Origin: an uncultured Spirochaetota bacterium
GTDB lineage: Bacteria; Spirochaetota; Spirochaetia; SZUA-6; Fen-1364
NCBI GenBank assembly: GCA_963745235.1
Contig: CAVUXE010000052.1
Span: forward strand, 96,001 to 160,000
Direction: 5' to 3'
DNA length: 64,000 nucleotides
Made by a program: the position numbers and the translations under genes. Of this stretch, positions 50,727 to 62,198 are shown in pieces. Position 1 is the first letter of the stretch, and each line of letters starts with the position of its first letter. Below the pieces are notes generated by a model. That model worked only from the letters and a program-made list of their open reading frames with translations, ran no database searches and was not told where the DNA came from.

Positions 50727-50758
50727 ATCGATCCACTCCACACCGAGACAGGCGATTC

Positions 50759-51220
50759 TTAGTTGTTGGCCACTGACGCTGGCATGATGTCGAGTGTACC
50801 CTGGAAAGCAGTGCCGTTCGGGGATTGCTGGGACTTGATCTGCGTGTATTCCCCCTGCACCTGGTAGCCTTTCTCCCATCCTTCCGTAACCACCCCGCTG
50901 ATCACTGCCTTGAGGTCTGTTTGCTCTACATGAACGAGGGCGGTAAAGGCGTGCATCGAGCCGTTGAAGTGGTAAAGAGCCTCGATTACTGTCGTAGTGC
51001 CTGCGGTGTACTTGAGGATCTCTCCAGCATAGCTGCCGGCCCCGTCTTCACCTCCGACGACTCCAGCCATGTTTGGAGCCGTGGTTACCCACTTGGTGAA
51101 CGTATTGTGCTCTGCGAAGGCGACTGCGCTTGCTGTTGTCAGAATGACGGCCAGGACCGTAAGAACAAGAAAACGACGAACAGTCATCAATGAAATTTTG
51201 CCCCCGAGTGACTTTTGCAT
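50759..51220 (-). CDS. Secreted beta-rich hypothetical protein
   Basis: GGAGG RBS; signal peptide ending AFA; own terminator. Confidence 0.75.
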   Translation of the reverse strand: MQKSLGGKISLMTVRRFLVLTVLAVILTTASAVAFAEHNTFTKWVTTAPNMAGVVGGEDGAGSYAGEILKYTAGTTTVIEALYHFNGSMHAFTALVHVEQTDLKAVISGVVTEGWEKGYQVQGEYTQIKSQQSPNGTAFQGTLDIMPASVANN

Positions 51221-51358
51221 CTTGGTATTCCTCCTATCTGGAATTGCGAGAAAGGTTGAAGACAATTTTTTCCCTTCTACTTTGAAACTTTTTTCCCTCC
51301 TACTAAGGAGGCTATCTTAGCTGACCAAATAAGTCAACAATTATCTTATATAGATCTC

Positions 51359-51750
51359 TCACTGGCGAGCGACGAAAAAGACCACCGGGACGTAGCACAA
51401 TTGAGTCCAGCCGCTTCCGTTCTTCCAATATCCGCAAATGTTGATTCCAGAGCCTCCCACGTAGACGTCGCTTCCTGATACGGCGATTGAGGTCGTTCCC
51501 GTGATCAGGGTCTCACCAGGTAGCGTGATCCAACTCCCATTTTCACCCGCCACAAATGCGCCATTTTCGTCCGCCGTTGACACCATCTTTCCAGTAGCCT
51601 CCCGTGCTTCCGCAACCTGCATAGATATCGTTTCCGTATGCCGCAAGACAACTGACAGACGTCCCTCCCGCCGTGAGTGGAATCCAAAGTGTGTTCTTCC
51701 AATAGCCGGCGCGGATGCAAAAGCGAAAGACAAAGATGGAAGTGCCGCCC
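51359..51750 (-). pseudogene. Degenerate GYWKNG-repeat (beta-propeller-like) surface protein fragment
   Basis: GYWKN, GYWKDG, SIAVSGSDVYVGG and GYWKNG across two frames; abuts the IS. Confidence 0.65.
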
Positions 51751-51753
51751 TTA

Positions 51754-53043
51754 GGAAGCGTCAGAAAATAACTGGACGAAATTGCCTACGTGGTATATCA
51801 TGTGCATGTGGATGTCGAGCCTTTGAGGACCAAGTACAAAGCCTTGGCTCCGGTTCTCAGTGAACGCGCGCGGCGCATCTGGGCAGCCACCGAAGCCCGC
51901 CAGGCGGGCCGTGGAGGTATTACCCTCGTGGCACGCGCGACGGGGATCTCATACTCCACGGTTGTGCGAGGCCTCAAGGATCTGGAATCAGAAGAAGTTG
52001 CGCCGCCTGATCGAGTTCGCCGGGCAGGGGGAGGGCGCAAGAAGACACTTCAGAAGGATCCGACTCTGGTGAACGACCTGGAGAACTTGGTCGAGCCCGC
52101 TGTCTCTGGAGATCCACAGTCACCTCTGCGCTGGACATCCAGGAGTGTGAGGACCCTCTCGGAGGCACTTCGTGGCATGGGGCATGTCGCCAGCCACCAG
52201 TTGGTGGCAGAGTTGTTATGCTCCGCAGGCTACAGCCTGCAGAGCAATCGCAAGGGCCGCGAGGGACCCAACCATCCCGATCGGGACGGGCAGTTTCGCT
52301 ACATCAATCGGCGGGTTCGAGCTTTCCAAGCCGAGGAGCAGCCGGTGATCTCCGTAGACACGAAGAAGAAGGAGCTGGTGGGAGACTTCAAAAACGCTGG
52401 GAAACAGTGGAGGCCGAAGAAGAGCCCCCACGTTGTTCGGGTTCACGACTTCATCATTCCCGAGAAAGGAAAGGCGATCCCCTACGGAGTCTACGACCTG
52501 ACACGCAACGCGGGGTGGGTCAGTGTGGGCATCGACCACGACACCGCGAGTTTCGCAGTCCGCACCATCGGCCGCTGGTGGCGTAAGATGGGACGACCCG
52601 CATACCCGCACGCCAGATCTCTTCTCATCACTGCGGATGCTGGAGGAAGTAACGGCTCACGTGTTCGGCTGTGGAAGTGGGAATTGCAGCAACTGGCCAC
52701 TCGCACGGGGCTCTCGATCGCGGTCTGCCACTTTCCTCCGGGGACGAGCAAGTGGAACAAGATTGAACACCGGCTCTTCTCGTACATCAGCAGCAACTGG
52801 CGCGGGCAGCCTCTGACAAGCTTGGCCGTGATCGTCAGTCTGATCGCCTCAACAAGAACCGTAACGGGTCTACGTGTTCGTAGCGAGCTCGACACAGGTC
52901 CTTATCCGGACGGCCAGACTGTCTCCGACGAGCAGCTTCTTGAAGTGAATCTCACGCGACATCGTTTCCATGGTGACTGGAACTACACGATTCATCCAAG
53001 GAAGACAGTCAAGTAATTAGTTCAGTTATTGTTTGACACTTCC
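51754..53043 (+). mobile_element. ISAzo13-family insertion sequence
   Basis: Imperfect terminal IRs GGAAGCGTCAGAAATAACTG / CAGTTATTGTTTGACACTTCC; TTA target duplication on both sides. Confidence 0.9.
51790..53016 (+). CDS. ISAzo13-family (Rhodopirellula-type) DDE transposase
   Basis: GDP.SPLRWT; ISVDTKKKELVG.FKN.G; PYGVYD; ADAGGSN; PPGTSKWNKIEHRLFS; HGDWNYTI. Confidence 0.95.
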   Translation: MVYHVHVDVEPLRTKYKALAPVLSERARRIWAATEARQAGRGGITLVARATGISYSTVVRGLKDLESEEVAPPDRVRRAGGGRKKTLQKDPTLVNDLENLVEPAVSGDPQSPLRWTSRSVRTLSEALRGMGHVASHQLVAELLCSAGYSLQSNRKGREGPNHPDRDGQFRYINRRVRAFQAEEQPVISVDTKKKELVGDFKNAGKQWRPKKSPHVVRVHDFIIPEKGKAIPYGVYDLTRNAGWVSVGIDHDTASFAVRTIGRWWRKMGRPAYPHARSLLITADAGGSNGSRVRLWKWELQQLATRTGLSIAVCHFPPGTSKWNKIEHRLFSYISSNWRGQPLTSLAVIVSLIASTRTVTGLRVRSELDTGPYPDGQTVSDEQLLEVNLTRHRFHGDWNYTIHPRKTVK

Positions 53044-53173
53044 TTAGTTACACGGATATCAACGACAATCTGGCAGGCACCGGCGCCTTGAAGCAACTCG
53101 AAGAAGGGTCCCAATAACCATGGGAGCACGTTACGGGCGTTTGGCGGTCAGCCCGAACGTTTGTTCGAAGGCG

Positions 53174-53959
53174 CTACCTGTCGTTTTCCGGAACCTTCAG
53201 ATACGCAACGACCTCTGATGCCAGGCCCGCAAGAACCGCGAGGGCGTCCCCGACCTTCATCCCGTCCAGGAGGTGTTTGCCCTCGATGTCGTCGAAAACG
53301 ATCGCCTCGCTCCCGTTGAGGCATTTCACCCCGTCCCCGTGGACATCTTCCACGAGCTCCTCGCAGAAGCTCAAGACCTCGCGGAAGAATTTCGCGGCGT
53401 CCGTCTTGGCCTGGCGCGCGATTTTGTCGTAGCGCCTGCGCACTTCCACCTCGATCTCCTTGCTCACGGTCCCGTTCGAGAGCCGGGCGTTCTCCTTGCG
53501 AAAGTCATCTATCCTGCGTCCCAACTCGCTGAACTTCGTGTAGAAGCCGCTGCGCTCGATGGAGAACTTGTAGTCGAGCTTCAACCGCTTCTCGGTCAGG
53601 AACGGAAGAAACTCACTCCTGAAAAACCGCGCGTACAGCGCCAGATTGAATATCTCCGTCTGGACAGGACTCGACTCGGCGTCTCCGGCGCTCAGCCGTT
53701 CCAGGCGTTCCGCCGAGGGCCGGTGCTTCTCCCCGTCAAGGAGCCTTCGCAGGTGCTTGAACTCATCCAGCGCCTGGGACTGCTGCAGCGCCTCAACATC
53801 GATGAAGTTCATGTCAAGAATCATCTCCCGGGAGCTGCGCAGCTCCTTCAGCTGCTTTGAAACGCGCTCCCTCTGTTCGTCGTTTCGTGTCGTGTGGAAG
53901 ACGGTCTCGTACTGCCGAATCAGGCTGTTGAGCTTCTTCAGCTCTTCTTCTGGATCCAT
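53174..53959 (-). CDS. Hypothetical helical protein
   Basis: 261-aa ORF with host codon usage. Confidence 0.75.
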   Translation of the reverse strand: MDPEEELKKLNSLIRQYETVFHTTRNDEQRERVSKQLKELRSSREMILDMNFIDVEALQQSQALDEFKHLRRLLDGEKHRPSAERLERLSAGDAESSPVQTEIFNLALYARFFRSEFLPFLTEKRLKLDYKFSIERSGFYTKFSELGRRIDDFRKENARLSNGTVSKEIEVEVRRRYDKIARQAKTDAAKFFREVLSFCEELVEDVHGDGVKCLNGSEAIVFDDIEGKHLLDGMKVGDALAVLAGLASEVVAYLKVPENDR

Positions 53960-56259
53960 GAGGCAGATTCTAACACTGCCGATATCCCGGGGGAAAGTGG
54001 TTCCGCGCCCTGCCCATTTCCGGCGATCTTGAACTGCGCCGTCGTCTGCTGAAGCTCCAGCGCCATCTCGGACAGCTGACGGGTGGCGGCGGACATCTGC
54101 TCAGCAGAGGAGGCTGCTGCCTGAGTCAGCTCGTTCACGCTCTCCACCGCTTTTGCCACCTGCCGGGCATTCGAGCTCTGCTCCTCTGTTGCCGCCGAAA
54201 TGTTCTGACTCATTTCACTCACTTTCCTGAGAGCCGTGGCCAGTTCTTTGACGGCGTCAACCTGGCGGGAAATCGATGCGTTCAGCTCCGCCACCGTGTC
54301 CTTCACCCTGGTCGAAGCGGCGCGTATCTGCTCCATCGCAGCCTGCGATCCCCGGGCCATCTCGACACCCTTGGCGACGTTTCGCACGCTTTCCCTGATC
54401 AGGCTCTCGATCTCCTTCGTCGAGGTCGAGCTTCGGTCCGCAAGCTTGCTCACTTCGGCTGCCACCACGGCGAAGCCCCGCCCGTGCTCCCCCGCGCGCG
54501 CGGCCTCAATGGCAGCGTTCAGAGAGAGCAGATTTGTCTGGTCGGCGATGTCCGAAATCACGTTTACAATCCCGCCAATCTTCTCTGAGCTTTCGGCAAT
54601 GAGGCCAATGCCGTCCATCACCTGGTGCACCGCCGCCGCGCCCTGCCGCGAATCCTCCACCGACCTGTCAGCGAGTCCCGAGATCTCAGCCAGTTTTCCG
54701 GTGACCTCATCGATTCCCTTTTGCACCTGTTCCATGGACCGGGACCCCTGGACAACGGCCGACGCCTGGCTGTGGGCGTGCGTGCCCACCTGGTCGACGC
54801 TGGAGCTCAGCTCTTCCATGGAAGCCGCTGTCTCCTCCAGCGTCGATGCCTGCGACTGTGCCCCGTCCGACAACGCCTGCGAGCTGACGGACAACTGCCT
54901 GCTGGAGGCCGCTACCTGGCCGGAAGAGTCGAGCACCTGGCGAACCATTCCGCTGAGCCTGCTCGTCATGTGGTTGAATGCCTTCCCGAGCTCGCCCATC
55001 TCATCCCTGCTCTGCGCGGCAACCGCCTGGCTCAGGTCTCCTTCCGCCATCCGCTGGGCCGCTCGGACCATCGTGTTGATTGGCTGAGCGATGCTTCGGC
55101 CAAGGACCATCGCCATGAGGCTTGCCAGGAGAGCCACGACAAGCCCGGCGGCCAGGGCTATCCATACCAGCTGGGCCACAGCGCTGGTCGCGTTCCTGCC
55201 TTCTGCGCCTATCTCGTCCTTGTAAGCCCCCACCCCGATGACCCAATCCCACGGAGCGTAGTAGGTCACGGCAACGATCTTTAGTCGCGGAGCGGGGTCT
55301 TCAGGGTTCTTCCAGGGATAGGTGACGATAGTGGATGATCCATCATGGGTGGAGAGAGCCGCCCTCACGATGTCCTGGATTATGAGACGACCGCCCTGAT
55401 CCTTCTGGTCCCAGATGTTTTCCCCGTCCCGCCCACCGTCCTTGGAGACGATGTAGGTGCCACGCGCGGCTCCGGAGCCCTGAAGAACATATGCGTACCC
55501 GGTGTCCCCGACCCGGATTGCCTGGATTGTCTTGATGAGGGTCTTCAGGTTTTCCTGCTTCACGCCGACGAAAAGCATGCCTATCACGGAACCCTTGGCG
55601 TCGTGGATGGGTTCATATGCAGTGATGAACCAGGAATCCACCACAAAGGCCCTTCCTTCGAAGGTGTTTCCAGAAAGCACCGTAGATACGACCTGATTGG
55701 GCGATCCGTCCGGGTTGACGGCGGGAATGTAGGTCCCGATTGCCCTGGCGCCGTCCTTTCCAACCACCGACGTGGCAACGCGCAACATGTCACCGTGGTC
55801 GTTCATCCGCTGAAAGACAGTGCAGGCGGCATTCGTCAGCTTGACCGTGTCATCCACAACCGGCACGTACTCCGTCGTGTCCGCGACCTGTCCGAGCCAG
55901 CTCGCGCCCACCTGGAGACGGGGCAGGACCAGCTGCGTCAGCTCTCCCGTAAACTGGTTTTTGGCATTCCAGGATACGACCTGGCGCGAGAGGCTGACCG
56001 TTCCCGCCCGGTGAAGAATGTCGCGCGACGTGTTCAGATCTGCCTCGAGGTTTCTCCCAACCGCGTCGTTTTCCGTCCGGCACAGCGCATAGACTTCGCG
56101 GGAAAGAAGGACCAGCTCCTCGCTGATTTGAGAATCCAGTGTCTTGCCGAGCCGTGTCGAGAGGTTCTGTCTCTGCAGAACGATGAGCACAAGCACGATG
56201 ATGACGGAAATGAGCGGCAGGAGCGCACCCATGAGGGTAATCTTGGTGCGGATCTTCAT
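53938..56259 (-). CDS. Methyl-accepting chemotaxis protein with Cache3/Cache2 sensor and HAMP
   Basis: Two TMs; [16 protein letters not shown]; [30 protein letters not shown]. Confidence 0.96.
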   Translation of the reverse strand: MKIRTKITLMGALLPLISVIIVLVLIVLQRQNLSTRLGKTLDSQISEELVLLSREVYALCRTENDAVGRNLEADLNTSRDILHRAGTVSLSRQVVSWNAKNQFTGELTQLVLPRLQVGASWLGQVADTTEYVPVVDDTVKLTNAACTVFQRMNDHGDMLRVATSVVGKDGARAIGTYIPAVNPDGSPNQVVSTVLSGNTFEGRAFVVDSWFITAYEPIHDAKGSVIGMLFVGVKQENLKTLIKTIQAIRVGDTGYAYVLQGSGAARGTYIVSKDGGRDGENIWDQKDQGGRLIIQDIVRAALSTHDGSSTIVTYPWKNPEDPAPRLKIVAVTYYAPWDWVIGVGAYKDEIGAEGRNATSAVAQLVWIALAAGLVVALLASLMAMVLGRSIAQPINTMVRAAQRMAEGDLSQAVAAQSRDEMGELGKAFNHMTSRLSGMVRQVLDSSGQVAASSRQLSVSSQALSDGAQSQASTLEETAASMEELSSSVDQVGTHAHSQASAVVQGSRSMEQVQKGIDEVTGKLAEISGLADRSVEDSRQGAAAVHQVMDGIGLIAESSEKIGGIVNVISDIADQTNLLSLNAAIEAARAGEHGRGFAVVAAEVSKLADRSSTSTKEIESLIRESVRNVAKGVEMARGSQAAMEQIRAASTRVKDTVAELNASISRQVDAVKELATALRKVSEMSQNISAATEEQSSNARQVAKAVESVNELTQAAASSAEQMSAATRQLSEMALELQQTTAQFKIAGNGQGAEPLSPGISAVLESASWIQKKS

Positions 56260-56434
56260 TCGTTTTACTCCGTGCTGCAACAGAATGTACCACCAAAATG
56301 AACGTCGGGGAAGCACCGACAAACGCGGCGCAGACGGGAATCCCCTGCAACCATTGCCCTCCGGCGGCGTACAATGATGCAGCGGGTTTTGCACCGGGCG
56401 GACTGGCGCAACAACAAACGGAGGTCTTTGCTTT

Positions 56435-56743
56435 ATGATGCGATCTGTACTTGCACCATCGATAATCGTTGCTTTCGTTCTCACATCGACAGTAGCGCTG
56501 AGCGCCGCTCCCCGGTACCTGGCCAACGGTACCCCGCCTCAGCAGTGGGTTGGGCAATCAGAGGAACAGCTCATCACGCGGATGGGGACACCCGATATCA
56601 CCTTCCAGGATGGCGACGGCAGCCAGACCATCAGGTACGTGGCCCCGTGGAAGAGCACGCATGACGGAGAGATCCATATGGTTCAACAGTTCGACGTGGA
56701 TGCCAGTGGCCGGGTAATCTCGGCCTCTGTCTCCATGATGTAG
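56435..56743 (+). CDS. Small exported protein (SmpA/OmlA-like W.G.S..L...G.P pattern)
   Basis: GGAGG RBS; signal peptide; [17 protein letters not shown]. Confidence 0.65.
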   Translation: MMRSVLAPSIIVAFVLTSTVALSAAPRYLANGTPPQQWVGQSEEQLITRMGTPDITFQDGDGSQTIRYVAPWKSTHDGEIHMVQQFDVDASGRVISASVSMM

Positions 56744-56789
56744 GGAATCAAGCCCGCGCTCGTCAGATTCCGCCTGGGAGAAGAGACAC

Positions 56790-56821
56790 AACGAGCCCGC
56801 TGCACTTGCCGCGGGCTCGTT
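56790..56821. terminator. Hairpin between convergent genes
   Basis: Perfect 11-bp stem AACGAGCCCGC/GCGGGCTCGTT. Confidence 0.7.
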
Positions 56822-56843
56822 CCCTGTGTCGGCCGAGGTGTCC

Positions 56844-58352
56844 TCAGCCCGAAAGCCCAATGCTGACGTCGGTTCCCTCCCGCACAATGTGGAAAGTTGC
56901 CTGACCGCCATGGGCCTCGTTGAGCGCCTTGTAGTAGTCCATCATGTTTCTCACGGTCTTGCCGTTGATGCCGGTTATCACGTCGCCGGGACGGAACCCG
57001 GCAATCGAGGCAGGAGTGTCCTGCTCCGGCAGGTAGCCCACGACAACACCATGGAGCGAAGCGGGAATGTTCACCTGCTGACGGACCTGGTCGTCGATGT
57101 CAACCACGGTCATTCCCGGCCAGAGATTCTTGGCCTGCGCCACCTGGTCCTTGTCATCCCTCAGGCCGATCCTCACCGGTACGCTGAGCGCCTGTGCGTA
57201 GCGAATAACGGAGAAAGAGTATGTTGTGCCGGGTTCCAGCCGTCCGACCGCCTGCGTCAGCTCATCGCTGTTGTGAACCGGAGCGCCGTCCACTTTCGTG
57301 ATGTAGTCTCCCGGCAGAAGCCCTGCCCGCGCCGCGGGAGAATCCTTGTAGATGTTGAGAAGAAGGGCACCACTCACTCCTTCGACCTTGAGGTCCGATG
57401 CGAAGCCTGGATACGTTCCGTTGCCGTTGACGTCCGCGATTTGCCCCCCGAGCCAGCCGTATTCGACGTGGCCATGATTGATGAACTGGCTGATTGCAGG
57501 GGCCGCGTTGTTCACCGGGATCGCGAAGCCGAGCCCGACGTTGCCGCCGGAGGGCGCTGCGATCCAGGTGTTGATCCCCACCACCTGCCCCTTGATGTTC
57601 ACGAGGGCGCCGCCGGAGTTGCCCTGATTGATGGCCGCGTCCGTCTGGATGTAATCCGTGTAGGTCGCTACGTCGCCCGTGGGGCCATGCCTGCCGAGCG
57701 CGCTCACGATCCCCATGGTGACAGAGGATTCAAAGCCCAGCGGGTTTCCAACCGCCAGCACGATGTCTCCCACCTGGAGAGTGTTGGAATCTCCGAGCTC
57801 CGCCACCTGCACGGGATCCGTGCTCGTGAAGGAGACAAGAGCGATATCCTTCCGCGGGTCGGCGCCAACCACCTTGGCCTTGAAGACTTTCTGGTCATAC
57901 AGGCGCACGCTGATGTCGTTGGCATCTTTGACCACGTGGTTGTTGGTCAGGACGTAATAGCGGTCACCGGACCGTTGAACGATGATCCCCGACCCAAGGG
58001 CGGACTGCCGGAACGTCCTCTTGCCTCCGTTGCCCTGCTGGTCGAAGAACGGAAAGGGGAAATCGAAGGGAAGATTGAGCTGCGGAACCTGCTGGGTGAT
58101 CGTTTCCGTCACGTTGATCTCCACCACGGATGGCAGGATCTTCCGTGCCACTTCCCGGAAGGAGCTCTGCAGCGACTCCAGACCCCCCGAAATCTGCACG
58201 GGCGCCGGGTTTGCCGTCATGTCCTGCCCGGTGGTGATCGATGTCCCGCTGCGAACTTGCGTGAAGCCGGATATGGGCACGAAGAAGAAGAGCGCTCCGG
58301 CCGCAATCACCGCAGCGGCGATTACCGTCACGTAGGTTATCTTGATTTTCAT
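56844..58352 (-). CDS. degP: Do/DegQ/HtrA serine endoprotease with two PDZ domains
   Basis: LGSG; TNNHV; DIAL; IQTDAAINQGNSGG. Confidence 0.92.
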   Translation of the reverse strand: MKIKITYVTVIAAAVIAAGALFFFVPISGFTQVRSGTSITTGQDMTANPAPVQISGGLESLQSSFREVARKILPSVVEINVTETITQQVPQLNLPFDFPFPFFDQQGNGGKRTFRQSALGSGIIVQRSGDRYYVLTNNHVVKDANDISVRLYDQKVFKAKVVGADPRKDIALVSFTSTDPVQVAELGDSNTLQVGDIVLAVGNPLGFESSVTMGIVSALGRHGPTGDVATYTDYIQTDAAINQGNSGGALVNIKGQVVGINTWIAAPSGGNVGLGFAIPVNNAAPAISQFINHGHVEYGWLGGQIADVNGNGTYPGFASDLKVEGVSGALLLNIYKDSPAARAGLLPGDYITKVDGAPVHNSDELTQAVGRLEPGTTYSFSVIRYAQALSVPVRIGLRDDKDQVAQAKNLWPGMTVVDIDDQVRQQVNIPASLHGVVVGYLPEQDTPASIAGFRPGDVITGINGKTVRNMMDYYKALNEAHGGQATFHIVREGTDVSIGLSG

Positions 58353-58412
58353 GGTTCACTACCTCCATGAGGGAAGATAGGCCGGTGAGATTGAGGGCGC
58401 ATTACCGGCAGG

Positions 58413-58742
58413 TTAAATCTTCTTAAAGATCACCTCCGAGAGCCAGGCCAGGTACTCCGGGTTTCCCGCCGTGATCGGCAGGAACACGAGCTCCGGCACC
58501 TCGTACGGGTGCATGCTCGTGAGCAGCTCTCGGATGGAATCGATGCGCGATTTTTCCGTCTTCAGGAGGATCAGCTTCTCCGCCGCCCTCTCCACCTGGC
58601 CCTTCCACCAGTAGATGCTCGTCACTTCCCCGGTCACCTGCGCGCACGCCGCAAGCCGCCGCTCCACGATGGCCTTTGCTATGCCTTCTGCAGAATCTCC
58701 GGGAGCGGCGATTATCGCCATTCCCGGCTCATGCCCCGCCAT
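58413..58742 (-). CDS. cutA: Divalent-cation tolerance protein CutA
   Basis: RLAACAQ; SIYWWKG; HPYEVPE; YLAW. Confidence 0.93.
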   Translation of the reverse strand: MAGHEPGMAIIAAPGDSAEGIAKAIVERRLAACAQVTGEVTSIYWWKGQVERAAEKLILLKTEKSRIDSIRELLTSMHPYEVPELVFLPITAGNPEYLAWLSEVIFKKI

Positions 58743-60456
58743 TCTCTCCCTCCTGCTCCCGGTGTCCCTGCGACGCCAGACGGAAAACAGTTTCGGCCAC
58801 GCGATGGTCACGAGGCCGGTGGCTGATGATGATGACCGTGCGGCCGCGAAGCCTTCGATCAATGGAATCCAGGAGCTTCTCCGCGGTCAGGTCATCCAGG
58901 CCTTCCGTCGGCTCATCGAAGATGTATATGGGGGCATCCTTCAGGAAGGCCCTCGCCACCGCCAGGCGCTGGGCCTCCCCCGCGGAGATCTCCCGGCCTG
59001 TCTCACCGACAATCGCATCAAGCCCCTCCGGCAGCGACGCGACCAGGTCCAGGAGAATGGCGTCCCGCAGGGCTGTCCAGAGCTCTTTCTCGGAAGCCCC
59101 TTCCTTCGCGATCAGGAGGTTGTCCCGGATGGAGGCATGGAAGAGATGGGGGGCTTGCGGAACCACGGAAAACAGCCGTCTCGCCTGCTCGGCGCCGAGG
59201 GACCGCAGCTCCGCGTGACAGCCGTCACTCCCCGCAATCCGGATGCTCCCTCCCTCGTACTCCCAGAACCGAAGCAGCACGTTGACCAGGGTACTCTTCC
59301 CAGCGCCTGTCGGGCCGGCAATGCCGTGCCTGCTTCCCGCCGGCGCCTCCATGCACAGACCGTCCAGAATCCAGGGAAGCTCCCGCGAGTAGCGGAATTG
59401 CAGGCCTTGGATGACAAGGTCCAGCGGCGGAAGGGCACTGGTCTCAGCCCTCGCGGATGAAGGGTCTGGCGGCGGTGCCGCTTCGGCAATTGCGGGCCGT
59501 TCGTCGATGATCTCGAGCAGCCTGCGCGCGGCGGCCGCCATCTCGCCAAAGCGTTGAATGACCGCGGGGAGCGGCATCACCGCCTCGAAACTGGCAAGCA
59601 CCACCACGGTCAGCATCGCCATGTCCGGGCCAGGCACTTTTCCGGCGGCAGCGAGGGAAGCAAGGATGAAGGCCCCGACAGTAACCGCTCCCAGGCTGAC
59701 GGCCGTCATTCCCGCCTCCGACATCCCCTGGAGCGAATTGACCCTGCGCTGGCAAAGGTCCATCTTCCGTGAAGCCGCCTCTATTCGCGCGGCTTGAAAC
59801 GCGCCGGCCCCCAGGGCTTCCAGCTCGGCCATGCCCTGGACCTGCTCGACAACGCAGGCGCGCAGCTCTGCCGCCCATGCAACGCGCTCACGGCCCGGTC
59901 CGTCGGCCCGCTGACGAATGAGAAGCGGAAGAAGGACCCCCGCGCACGCAAGACCTGCCAGGTCGACATACGCGAGACGGGGATCAAAACGGGAGAGAAA
60001 GGGAGTCAGGCATCCGGCAGAGAGAACGGCAACACACGAGGGAACAACCCCCCTCACGTAGAAGTCATCAAGGGTATCGATATCCGCGCGGATGCGGCTG
60101 AAGAGGTCTCCGCTTCTTCGCAGCTGCAGCCCCGCCGGGGCAAGAGGCTCGATGCTTCGGAAGAACCAGACCCGGAGGGCCGCCAGGATGCGGAACGTCG
60201 TGTCGTGGTTCACAAGGCGCTCCGCATAGCGGCCCCCGGCCCGCGCGATGGCAAGCGCCCGCACGCCGGCGGAAGGGGTGGAGTAGTTCATGACCACCCC
60301 GAGTATGCCGGAGACCGCCATGGAGGCAATGAACCAGCTCGAGAGGGCAAGCAGCCCGATGTGCGCAAGCGTTGTGGCAAGGGAGAGAAGGATCCCAAGT
60401 ATCACCCAGCGCCACAAGGGCAGCGCCAGCCGGGCAATTCGCAGCAGGTCCTTCAT
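58729..60456 (-). CDS. cydC: Thiol reductant ABC exporter subunit CydC
   Basis: RYAERLVNHD.TFR.LA.LR; GPTGAGKST; SAGEAQR; DEPTEGLD. Confidence 0.93.
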   Translation of the reverse strand: MKDLLRIARLALPLWRWVILGILLSLATTLAHIGLLALSSWFIASMAVSGILGVVMNYSTPSAGVRALAIARAGGRYAERLVNHDTTFRILAALRVWFFRSIEPLAPAGLQLRRSGDLFSRIRADIDTLDDFYVRGVVPSCVAVLSAGCLTPFLSRFDPRLAYVDLAGLACAGVLLPLLIRQRADGPGRERVAWAAELRACVVEQVQGMAELEALGAGAFQAARIEAASRKMDLCQRRVNSLQGMSEAGMTAVSLGAVTVGAFILASLAAAGKVPGPDMAMLTVVVLASFEAVMPLPAVIQRFGEMAAAARRLLEIIDERPAIAEAAPPPDPSSARAETSALPPLDLVIQGLQFRYSRELPWILDGLCMEAPAGSRHGIAGPTGAGKSTLVNVLLRFWEYEGGSIRIAGSDGCHAELRSLGAEQARRLFSVVPQAPHLFHASIRDNLLIAKEGASEKELWTALRDAILLDLVASLPEGLDAIVGETGREISAGEAQRLAVARAFLKDAPIYIFDEPTEGLDDLTAEKLLDSIDRRLRGRTVIIISHRPRDHRVAETVFRLASQGHREQEGENGGA

Positions 60457-62119
60457 GCGCTCTCGCGCACCTTCCCCGCTTCCAGCACGAGCGTCCGTTC
60501 CATCCCCGAGGATCCGCGATGGGTCACCATGACCAGGGTCCTGCCCCGCGATAGAACCTCGATGCCGGCCCCCACCAGCGCGGCGTTGGACGGGTCCAGG
60601 TGAGCGGTGGGCTCGTCCAGCAGCACAAGGCTTGGACGACGGAGGAAAAGCCGCGCCAGCGCCACCCGCTGCGCCTGCCCGCGGGAAAGTCCCTGCCCCC
60701 CCTCGCCTACCAGCGTATCCAGGCCGGCCGGCAAACGTTCAAGGAACTCCGAGGCGCATGCCATGTCCGCGGCGCGCGAGATTTCCTTCTCGCGGGCATC
60801 AAGTCTTCCCAGCCTGATGTTCTCCCGGATTGTGCCATGGAAAAGCGTGGGCTTCTGGGGAAGCCATGCCACCGTGTGAAGCCATTCACGGCGTTCTCTG
60901 AGCGAAAGCGGGGAGCCGTCAATGAGCACATCGCCTCGAGACGGGTCGAGAAACCGAAGCAGGATGTTCAGGATGGTGGACTTCCCGATGCCGCTCGCTC
61001 CGGTCAAGGCCACGCGCCCGCCGGACGGGATGGTGAATGACACGTCCTCCAGGATTGTCCGAGTGTCGTAGCTGAACGAGACCGAATGGAAGGTGACCGA
61101 ACAGGCGCCGTCAGGCGCAGCAAGCCTTGCGGCCTGGTGCGACTCAGCGGACTTCCTCCCGGTGTCGCGGGCAAAGAGCGCCGTGATGCGCTCTGCCGCG
61201 CTCATCGCCTCCATGCGCATATGATAGTAGGTTCCGAGATTCCGAAGGACAAGGAAATACTCGGGGGCGGCCATGAGGATGAAATACGCGCGGGCAAACT
61301 CGCATTGTCCCCGCCATGAGCCGCAGGCCGGACAGGACCGCAACGATCGCGATGCTGACGGCTGACAGGAGCTCCAGCATGAAGGAGGAAAGGAAAGCGA
61401 TGCGCATCACGGACATGGTGGCAGTCCGGTATTCGTTGGAGGCCCGCTCGATCTCTTCGGCCTCGCGGCGCGCTGCCCCGAACATCTTGACCGTGGTCAG
61501 CCCCTGGAGGACGTCGAGGAACCTCCCGCTCATGCGCGCAAGGGTGGCCCACAGCCGCTGGTTCCTGAGGTGCGATTCCTCTCCAATGACGATCATGCTC
61601 ACCGGGAGGAACGCCGCGGTCAGGACCAGAACAAGGCCGGATATCCAGTCCAGCGGGAACACGATGGCAAGGACGGTGAAGGGCAGCAGGGTGGACAGGG
61701 CCCGCTGCGGCAGGTAGCGGGAGTAGTAGCCCTCAAGCGCCTCCACGGCGTCGACCACGAGCGTGACTACCTCGCCGGTCTTCATCCCCGCGAGCGCAAT
61801 CGGGCCCAGCGCGCGCAAGCGCTCTCCCGCATCGAAGCGGACCGCCTGCTTGACCCGGGAAGCGCACTCGAATGCGGCCCGCCGAGTCCCCCATGAAACC
61901 ATGAATCGCGCGGGCACGAGCGCAGCCAGGGCAGCGAACAGGCCGGGCAAGAGAGGCGACCCCGGCGGAGTGAAATATGACGTCGTCCGCGATGCGCACA
62001 AGGAGCGCGGTCTGGAGTATGAGGAGGATTCCTGAGAGCTCGCCCAGCGCAATTGTCAGGGCCAGCGGCCGACGGGAATGCCTGCCGTTCTGCCGCAGCC
62101 AGGCGGAAGTGCCTGTCAT
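60453..62119 (-). CDS. cydD: Thiol reductant ABC exporter subunit CydD (frameshifts near 61960 and 61300)
   Basis: YYSRYLPQ; TM.V.RIAFLSS..LEL; APEYF; GASGIGKST; LSRGQAQR. Confidence 0.9.
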
Positions 62120-62198
62120 CCCTGCCGAGTGTACGCGCAAAACTCCGCGATTGACAACCCGGGGGAGGATGTGCTAATTCGAGCAAAAAGGGGGAGCC

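Noticed and set aside
51300-51360. Possible MITE or second IS end
   Set aside because: No convincing inverted-repeat pair or target duplication
50379-53144. 11-bp direct repeat CGGGCGTTTGG (50379 and 53134) as att sites
   Set aside because: Too short for a GC-rich 64-kb window, lies at the tRNA 5' side, and there is no integrase; chance is likely
56280-56430. c-di-GMP riboswitch between the MCP and the small exported gene
   Set aside because: Neither class I nor class II conserved cores could be matched on either strand
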